Positions 1 through 5,767 of a DNA stretch of 23,813 nucleotides are shown here, piece after piece (the stretch's first letter is position 1; every line of letters starts with the position of its first letter). The notes below the pieces were generated by a model that worked only from the letters and a program-made list of their open reading frames with translations, was not told the DNA's origin and made no database searches. A program made the position numbers and the translations under genes. The stretch comes from Candidatus Heimdallarchaeota archaeon. GTDB taxonomy: Archaea > Asgardarchaeota > Heimdallarchaeia > Heimdallarchaeales > Heimdallarchaeaceae. The stretch lies in NCBI GenBank assembly GCA_030668875.1, contig DAOVER010000043.1, positions 1 through 23,813 of the forward strand, given 5' to 3'.

Positions 1-410
1 GTATAAGGTGATCTACCAAAGATCATCCATTCTACAAGTTGTTGAGGGTTCTTAGCAAGGAAGTTTAGCAACCCTTGTACTTTCTGCTCCTTATCTCTTT
101 TCCCTTTGATTGCTATATGCAACCAATGGAAAGCACTTTCTGCTATATTAGGACTCTTCCCCACTTCTTTGCATAGTTGACGGGTGAAGAACCCTTCCTT
201 AGGGTTGGAACTGTATAACGTTTCTGCTTTCTTTACTATTCTCGGAGAAAGGAGGAGCAGTTGCTGTTCTTCTAGCTTTCTTATCCTTTGGTTGATCTCT
301 TCTCGTTGTTGTTGGTCTACACATTTTAGCGCCACCTGGTAGCTTCGCATCACCGTCTTTGTATGAGGGTTGACAGCTACTTGTGTTTTCTTTGTTGCTT
401 GTGAGACCAT
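1..410 (-). CDS. Partial CDS (5' part, at least 136 aa, runs off the left edge); possible TnpB/Cas12f-like or other mobile-element protein
   Basis: Manual translation from ATG at 410 is open to position 1: MVSQATKKTQVAVNPHTKTVMRSYQVALKCVDQQQREEINQRIRKLEEQQLLLLSPRIVKKAETLYSSNPKEGFFTRQLCKEVGKSPNIAESAFHWLHIAIKGKRDKEQKVQGLLNFLAKNPQQLVEWMIFGRSPY. SD GGTGA at 420-416, TATA TTTATATA at 446-439. About 42% GC by hand count. The CDS is well supported; the family call is tentative (~0.4). Confidence 0.8.
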   Translation of the reverse strand, partial: MVSQATKKTQVAVNPHTKTVMRSYQVALKCVDQQQREEINQRIRKLEEQQLLLLSPRIVKKAETLYSSNPKEGFFTRQLCKEVGKSPNIAESAFHWLHIAIKGKRDKEQKVQGLLNFLAKNPQQLVEWMIFGRSPY

Positions 411-415
411 CGTCT

Positions 416-446
416 TCACCTACTTATCCACAGAATGGTATATAAA
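416..446 (-). promoter_or_regulatory. Archaeal TATA box (TTTATATA) and SD (GGTGA) of the left-edge gene
   Basis: The minus strand reads ...cgcgTTTATATAccattctgtggataagtaGGTGAagacgATG. TATA lies ~29 nt upstream of the ATG. Confidence 0.7.
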
Positions 447-592
447 CGCGAAGAAAAGTCAACTGGGAGGAGCTTTCCCTATTCTCACTAACATATGCTC
501 TCTTTCCTATTTCTTCTCAAAATTTTTTCCCTCATTTTCTCTCATAACAAGATTGGGTAAGTTATTGCTCATCAGTTGCTTACGGTTTTGAT

Positions 593-808
593 ATGGTTTT
601 GATCGATGATGAGGACGATGAAGGTGCATTTGTACCGGTTCTTTTATTCGTTGTTTTCCCAACAATTTCTGTTCCAATAATAGGTTCAAATTTGCGATCT
701 ATCGAGCAGTTATTGTACAAATCCACACAAACATTCCTTAACCTATCTCACATAAACAATGAATTTGGATTTAATCTACGACTATCTCTCCGTGAAAACC
801 TACTTTAA
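593..808 (+). CDS. Possible small membrane protein or gene remnant (71 aa)
   Basis: Acidic N-terminus (IDDEDDEG), one hydrophobic stretch (AFVPVLLFVVFPTISVPIIG) and a T-rich tract downstream. No clear promoter or SD. Confidence 0.25.
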   Translation: MVLIDDEDDEGAFVPVLLFVVFPTISVPIIGSNLRSIEQLLYKSTQTFLNLSHINNEFGFNLRLSLRENLL

Positions 809-848
809 GTTCCATCTCTTACGTCTTTTCTTTTTGCTTTTTAAATAG

Positions 849-890
849 AGAATTCGACATTCTTAGAATTTCGACAATTATAAATATGTC
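849..890 (+). promoter_or_regulatory. Promoter of the 933 gene: TATA (TTATAAATA, 878-886) preceded by a tandem AGAATT(T)CGACA repeat
   Basis: AGAATTCGACA at 849-859 and AGAATTTCGACA at 865-876. GACA...TGTC flanks the TATA box. Confidence 0.5.
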
Positions 891-932
891 AGTTAGCTAT
901 GTGATAGTTAGAAACTCAAAAAAGATGATTCT

Positions 933-3212
933 ATGAGTATAAAAGAACCACAAGAAGAACCGGTGGAAAGTGGGAAAAAGTGGAGTTATTGGGGTATTGG
1001 TTTACTCTTCTTTCTTGTTTTCTTTGTAGCTTTAATGTTTATCCTTGAAGCGGCAATGCAACCTGGAGAAAGCTTTACTTCCACATTGATAGCCTATATA
1101 CTAGGAATTGTAGGCATAGCCATTTTTGCTGGTTTAATACGTGATAAATCTAGAGCCCTTATATCTATACCAATATTAATTATAATTGTATTTGGAACAG
1201 GTTATTTGTTTAATAACGTAATTCAAGCACCGGTATACAATCCATTCGCTCCGGTGTCTGAAGGAGTAGATTTGTTCCTTGAAACGGCTGAGGGTATGAA
1301 TGAAACGCTATCAGAAATGGATCTTGGCGATTTGGACATGGACCAAATTCGTACTTACACCCAATTTTCTTTTGTAATTGATTTAGTACTTTCCCTTCCA
1401 TTGTTCATATTTGGACCACTGGCGTTAACTTGGATGGTGCAAATCTTTACGACACAACCAGAAATTATGACTATACTATCCGCATTATTTGCATTAGTAT
1501 TTTTCTTCATTGGGTTAATCCTCACTCCAGTTGTGCATCTCCTCTTCTCAGGAGTTATGGTAATAACAACTGATATACTACCTGGTGCCATTTATTTGGG
1601 TCAAGGTTTCAGCATTTTCACCGATTTTGAAAATGCAACACAAGAGGATATAGATGAATCTATAGCTTCCTTTTACTTGGCGTCTGGATACTTCCAGCAG
1701 AGTGCTGATAACTTATTAGCTATGCAACAGTCAGGAATTATAGGATTGTCGTCTACGATACCGGTACTAGGGACGTTTATAGAAAATATTTACTACGTTG
1801 CCTCAGCGGCGTTACACATATCTTCGGGGTTAGGTCCGTTTGCGAATGGTACATTCCTTATTCTAGAGGGTATGGAAGATGCTATGGCATCTTTTGGTGA
1901 AGGTGGCAGTTTCCTTAGCACTAAGGATGGAACTGTAACACAAATTGAAAGTGAAATTAATGACACTCGGTTTGACGAAGGAATCGACAAGGTAAGCGAA
2001 GGCTTATTGACTCTAGGTAATAGTACCGATTACATTGATGATGCTTTAATAGAGTTGAATAAAGTAAATATCACTGATATTGCAGAAGCAATAAGCGATC
2101 TTGAGGTTGTAGGAGTACCCACTGAAGTCGCAGAAACAGTGCTAGCACAAGTTGATATGATTGATTCTTATCTCTCAATCTTCGAAGGAGCAGTAAGAGT
2201 AATAGATGCTTTGTTAACTATACCAAGCGGAAGCGATTCAGCTACTTTGACACATTTCTTATACGGAGCATATAGTTTATTCAAAGCTGGAGATGTAATA
2301 GGTACAACAACTACCTTTTACAATGAAACAGAAGGAGTTGATACTTCGTCGTATTTTGATGACGCATCTGCAAACTTCAGTATAGTACATACTGTGCTTC
2401 TGAATCCAGAAGTGCAAGCAATAGCGAATTCAGATACACCAATACTTAACTCAACTGTTACATTCTTAATTGACATGGTTGGTTTAACTGTACCACTGTG
2501 TTCACTAGGTGGTAATATCGCAACAGTATTCTTTACAATGCAAGATACTATGAGTGTTTTTAATGATACTAATTATGAGGATATTGCAGACTATTCACCA
2601 TTGATAAGTTCAATGGATGACTTAAGAACAACAACCGGTGATATGACTGTTGATGCTTATGCTACAGACACACAGATTAACGATGTAAGAACCAAAGCTT
2701 CCAATAACACATATGGAGAACTTAGCTCACCTGCCCTTAGTTTTACAGATCAGTTAATTCAATTCAACTTAACTCAGAACGTATTCAATGCAAATAATAT
2801 TGCAAACTCATTCTACTATATGTTCAGCGGATTAAGCCATTTGAGTAATAGTTTCAACAACATAACCGCAGGGTATGCAGACTTCAATTCTTCATCATGG
2901 GCATCAGCACAAACTCACTTCCTATCAGCAAATGCATCATTACATATGTCAATAAGTGAATTAACTACAGCTACCTATTACATGAACCAAACAGAAGCTG
3001 GAGGAATGACGCAGCTTTCTGGAACTAGGGATGCTCTACTGGATATTCGCAATAGTTTATATGATACAATAGATGAAGTAAATCTAATATTGGACATTAT
3101 AGATGATGTTGATCCGTCTCTTAGAGTAGGCGAATTCCAAACAGCTATTACTGATATAATTAGCGCATTCGCTGGCGTCAACTTACTGCTTGATGATGTG
3201 AACGCACAATAG
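933..3212 (+). CDS. Large membrane-anchored surface glycoprotein (N-terminal multi-TM region plus long acidic helical ectodomain), function unknown
   Basis: 759-aa ORF. About 5 hydrophobic segments in the first ~215 aa. The rest is amphipathic, helical and acidic, with about 16 N-x-S/T sequons. Confidence 0.85.
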   Translation: MSIKEPQEEPVESGKKWSYWGIGLLFFLVFFVALMFILEAAMQPGESFTSTLIAYILGIVGIAIFAGLIRDKSRALISIPILIIIVFGTGYLFNNVIQAPVYNPFAPVSEGVDLFLETAEGMNETLSEMDLGDLDMDQIRTYTQFSFVIDLVLSLPLFIFGPLALTWMVQIFTTQPEIMTILSALFALVFFFIGLILTPVVHLLFSGVMVITTDILPGAIYLGQGFSIFTDFENATQEDIDESIASFYLASGYFQQSADNLLAMQQSGIIGLSSTIPVLGTFIENIYYVASAALHISSGLGPFANGTFLILEGMEDAMASFGEGGSFLSTKDGTVTQIESEINDTRFDEGIDKVSEGLLTLGNSTDYIDDALIELNKVNITDIAEAISDLEVVGVPTEVAETVLAQVDMIDSYLSIFEGAVRVIDALLTIPSGSDSATLTHFLYGAYSLFKAGDVIGTTTTFYNETEGVDTSSYFDDASANFSIVHTVLLNPEVQAIANSDTPILNSTVTFLIDMVGLTVPLCSLGGNIATVFFTMQDTMSVFNDTNYEDIADYSPLISSMDDLRTTTGDMTVDAYATDTQINDVRTKASNNTYGELSSPALSFTDQLIQFNLTQNVFNANNIANSFYYMFSGLSHLSNSFNNITAGYADFNSSSWASAQTHFLSANASLHMSISELTTATYYMNQTEAGGMTQLSGTRDALLDIRNSLYDTIDEVNLILDIIDDVDPSLRVGEFQTAITDIISAFAGVNLLLDDVNAQ

Positions 3213-3280
3213 TAATAATATCTTTTCTCTCTTTTCTCTTTTTTTTCTACTTTTAACACTTTTCTGAACGTCTTTTTTTC
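3213..3280 (+). terminator. Oligo-T archaeal terminator region
   Basis: Long pyrimidine/T tracts (tcttttctctcttttctcttttttttctac) immediately after the stop. Confidence 0.55.
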
Positions 3281-3350
3281 GTTGCCTAAAGAGAATACCT
3301 TTTTTAATAAAACTGTTCTATTTTATTAAAGATTTAAAAGGGATATCATT

Positions 3351-4628
3351 ATGAGTCCAATGAATGTTTTTCTAGCATATGACCACAGTAAAAACGAATT
3401 TAGTGAGATAAAGGATCAAATTAAATTCCAAAAGATAATGGAATCTGATGCTTCTGATGTTGGCTCTCAACTGATGAGCATGGATGTAGATGGAGTCCTA
3501 ATCTTCAATCGAGACAAAAACGAATGGCACCTAATTTTTGGTAAACACGTTGGCCTTGTAGCTCAAAGAACAGGGAGACGTCAAGCTGATAATATTAGTA
3601 GAGCAGGTTTTCAAATAGCAACTGGGGAAAGAGTTGGGGCAAAGAGTAGACTTGAACAATTAACTGAAGATAACATAGGAGATCTAAACTTAACTGTTCA
3701 AGAAAAATATATTGAAACAGATCTTTCTGGATTTAGAGGTGATTCTAGACAGGATTCTTTTCCTAAACAAGTGTTTTCTAGAGTAGAAAAACCAGTTGAA
3801 GAACCAAAACCTCAAGTTATTCCAGAACAAAAATTAGGTCCACCCACAGAATATCCTGTAGATATTGAACCTGCAACTGGACCAGTTGTTGAACCTGAAC
3901 CCGAACTTGAACCTCAAACACTTGTTGTTTCTGAGCTTGAACCCGTCATCGAAGAACCTGTTGTTGTTTCTGAGCCTGAACCTGTTGTTGTTTCTGAGCT
4001 TGAACCCGTTGTTGTTTCTGAGCTTGAACCCGTCATCGAAGAACCTGTTATTGTTCCTGAACCTGAGCCTGTGCCTGTTGTTGAACCAGAAGTTGTTGAT
4101 GAACCCGTTGAAAAAACCTTAGAAGACGCAGTTGAAGATGTTGTTACAGAGGTTGTTGAGGATGTTGTCGACGATATTGCGGAAACAATTACAAAGCGTG
4201 TAGCCGAAGAAGTAGGTGACGATACACTCGAAGGAGTGGTTAAGGAAGCAATTGAAGAAAAATCAGAAGAACTTGTTTCAAAGGTTGTAGAAGAGGTAGT
4301 TGACGAGGTAGTTGAAGAAGCAACAGAAGAAATTGCTGAATCTGCAGAAGACACAATCGAAGAGATTGTTGAAGAGATTGTGGAAGAAGTGACAGAAGCT
4401 GTTGAGGAAGCCCTTGAGGACGACTTAGAAGAAATAGTTGAAAAGGCTGTTGAAGAAAATGTTGAAGGCGTTAGTCAAGAAGCTGCAGAACATCTTGCAG
4501 AAGATGTTGTAGAAGAAGTTTTGGAAGAAGCAGTGGAAGACATGGTTGAAGAAGCAGAAGAAGATGCAACTATTGAACTGTCTGAAGCAATAGAAAAGTC
4601 TCTAGACAAAGAACCAGAAGATCCCTAA
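3351..4628 (+). CDS. Candidate single gelsolin-homology-domain protein with a Pro/Glu/Val repeat linker and a long acidic tail
   Basis: 425 aa. The N-terminal ~110 aa contain DGVLIFNRDKNEWHLIFGKHVGLVAQRTGRRQADNI, a strand-strand-G-long helix pattern like the gelsolin core. The C-terminal ~250 aa are low-complexity E/V/P/D. The CDS is well supported; the gelsolin call is ~0.5. Confidence 0.6.
   Translation: MSPMNVFLAYDHSKNEFSEIKDQIKFQKIMESDASDVGSQLMSMDVDGVLIFNRDKNEWHLIFGKHVGLVAQRTGRRQADNISRAGFQIATGERVGAKSRLEQLTEDNIGDLNLTVQEKYIETDLSGFRGDSRQDSFPKQVFSRVEKPVEEPKPQVIPEQKLGPPTEYPVDIEPATGPVVEPEPELEPQTLVVSELEPVIEEPVVVSEPEPVVVSELEPVVVSELEPVIEEPVIVPEPEPVPVVEPEVVDEPVEKTLEDAVEDVVTEVVEDVVDDIAETITKRVAEEVGDDTLEGVVKEAIEEKSEELVSKVVEEVVDEVVEEATEEIAESAEDTIEEIVEEIVEEVTEAVEEALEDDLEEIVEKAVEENVEGVSQEAAEHLAEDVVEEVLEEAVEDMVEEAEEDATIELSEAIEKSLDKEPEDP
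3921..4070 (+). repeat. Intragenic in-frame tandem repeat: 24-nt VVVSELEP units and 15-nt VIEEP units
   Basis: GTTGTTGTTTCTGAGCTTGAACCC-type units at 3921, 3960, 3984, 4008 and a degenerate unit at 4047. GTCATCGAAGAACCT at 3945 and 4032. Order A-B-A-A-A-B-A'. Confidence 0.95.
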
Positions 4629-4670
4629 AATTTTAACTTTTTTCTTTATTTTTTATTTTATTGTTTCTCA
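4629..4670 (+). terminator. Oligo-T terminator region
   Basis: ttttaactttttttctttattttttatttta directly after the stop. Confidence 0.55.
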
Positions 4671-4705
4671 AAAAGAATTTATACTAAACTGATTTTCGTT
4701 AATTA

Positions 4706-5728
4706 ATGTCAGAAACTGTCTTAGTTATTCTTGCAGGAGGTTTGTCAAGAAGATACCAAAAACAAAGTGCAGAGTGGCAAGACAAGGTTTTATTACCATT
4801 TAATGGTGAGCCTTTTTTAGTTAATCTGATAAAAAGAAGCAATCTATTTTATGGAGAAACGGTATTGTCTGTAAACTCTGCAACTAGAAAAGAAGAATAT
4901 AGGAAAATACTTCAAAACTACAATCTTATGGATCAAATTGATTTTATCATAGATGATCAAAATAGTTCTTTCGAAGGAGTTATGCTTGGAATAGGTTCTA
5001 CTTTACGCTTATTACAAGGTAAAACTGTTCAATTTCTACCTTCTGATAGACCATTTATTATGCTATCATTGTTAAAATCGATGAAAATCTGTGATGATGG
5101 AGTTAGTTTTTTACAATCTGAGACAGGGATGATAGAACCACTGTTGGCTCTTTATGGACAAAAAATATACTTCCCTAAGCAGTTTGAGGAACTAACTCTA
5201 GGAAGAGCAGATGTTTTGATTAGAACCGCACCAATGTTGAAACTATATGATAGCACAGCGATAATTGAGATGAATAATCTCCCAACTAAAACCTTTGACA
5301 ATGTTAACATTCAGACAGAACTAAGAAAAAGCGCAATAGATATTCAAGAATTTGATAAACTTGAAATGCCTTCTCCAAATACCATTATTCGATCATTAAA
5401 AAGCGTGGAACCAGAATCATTTGACGAATTATATCTTTACGATTTCATTGAAAAAATGAACGATCTACACAATAATTATTCTGCATTTCTTTGGTCTAGG
5501 TATTTTAGAAAGTCATCTGTGCTAACGGAAAAAGATTATGAGGAGTTAGCGAAAAAATCCTTGAAAGCTGAACATTTGTTTTGGAAAGATAACAACATAC
5601 CCTTTTTTGCGTTGCATGCTTTGCAAGATTTAATATATTATTTCCCTGAAGAGACAAAGGATACTATTTTAAAGGACGTAAAAGAACTCAAAAAGAAATT
5701 AATAATAAAGCCTAGAACTGTTAATTAA
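4706..5728 (+). CDS. mobA: Molybdenum cofactor guanylyltransferase (MobA-like) with a ~140-aa C-terminal extension
   Basis: Motifs VILAGGLSRRY, DKVLL, SDRPF, EPLLALY and FDNVN. Adjacent to a molybdopterin formate dehydrogenase. Confidence 0.75.
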   Translation: MSETVLVILAGGLSRRYQKQSAEWQDKVLLPFNGEPFLVNLIKRSNLFYGETVLSVNSATRKEEYRKILQNYNLMDQIDFIIDDQNSSFEGVMLGIGSTLRLLQGKTVQFLPSDRPFIMLSLLKSMKICDDGVSFLQSETGMIEPLLALYGQKIYFPKQFEELTLGRADVLIRTAPMLKLYDSTAIIEMNNLPTKTFDNVNIQTELRKSAIDIQEFDKLEMPSPNTIIRSLKSVEPESFDELYLYDFIEKMNDLHNNYSAFLWSRYFRKSSVLTEKDYEELAKKSLKAEHLFWKDNNIPFFALHALQDLIYYFPEETKDTILKDVKELKKKLIIKPRTVN

Positions 5729-5767
5729 GTCACTGAAAAAAGAATAAGTTTCTCCCTCGTTTTGAAA

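Noticed and set aside
370-591. Plus-strand 73-aa ORF
   Set aside because: It overlaps the start and promoter of the better-supported minus-strand gene, has low-complexity F/S/L content, and has no expression signals.
507-689. Minus-strand 60-aa ORF (TTG start)
   Set aside because: No SD or TATA, in-frame stops just upstream, and no recognisable motif.
3921-4070. Repeat array considered as a CRISPR
   Set aside because: The units are contiguous and in-frame, have no unique spacers, and there are no cas genes nearby.
3865-4354. Alternative-frame and antisense ORFs (3865-4122 +, 3914-4354 -) with Leu/Asn or Ser/Thr repeats
   Set aside because: They are shadows of the in-frame tandem repeat in the 425-aa gene.
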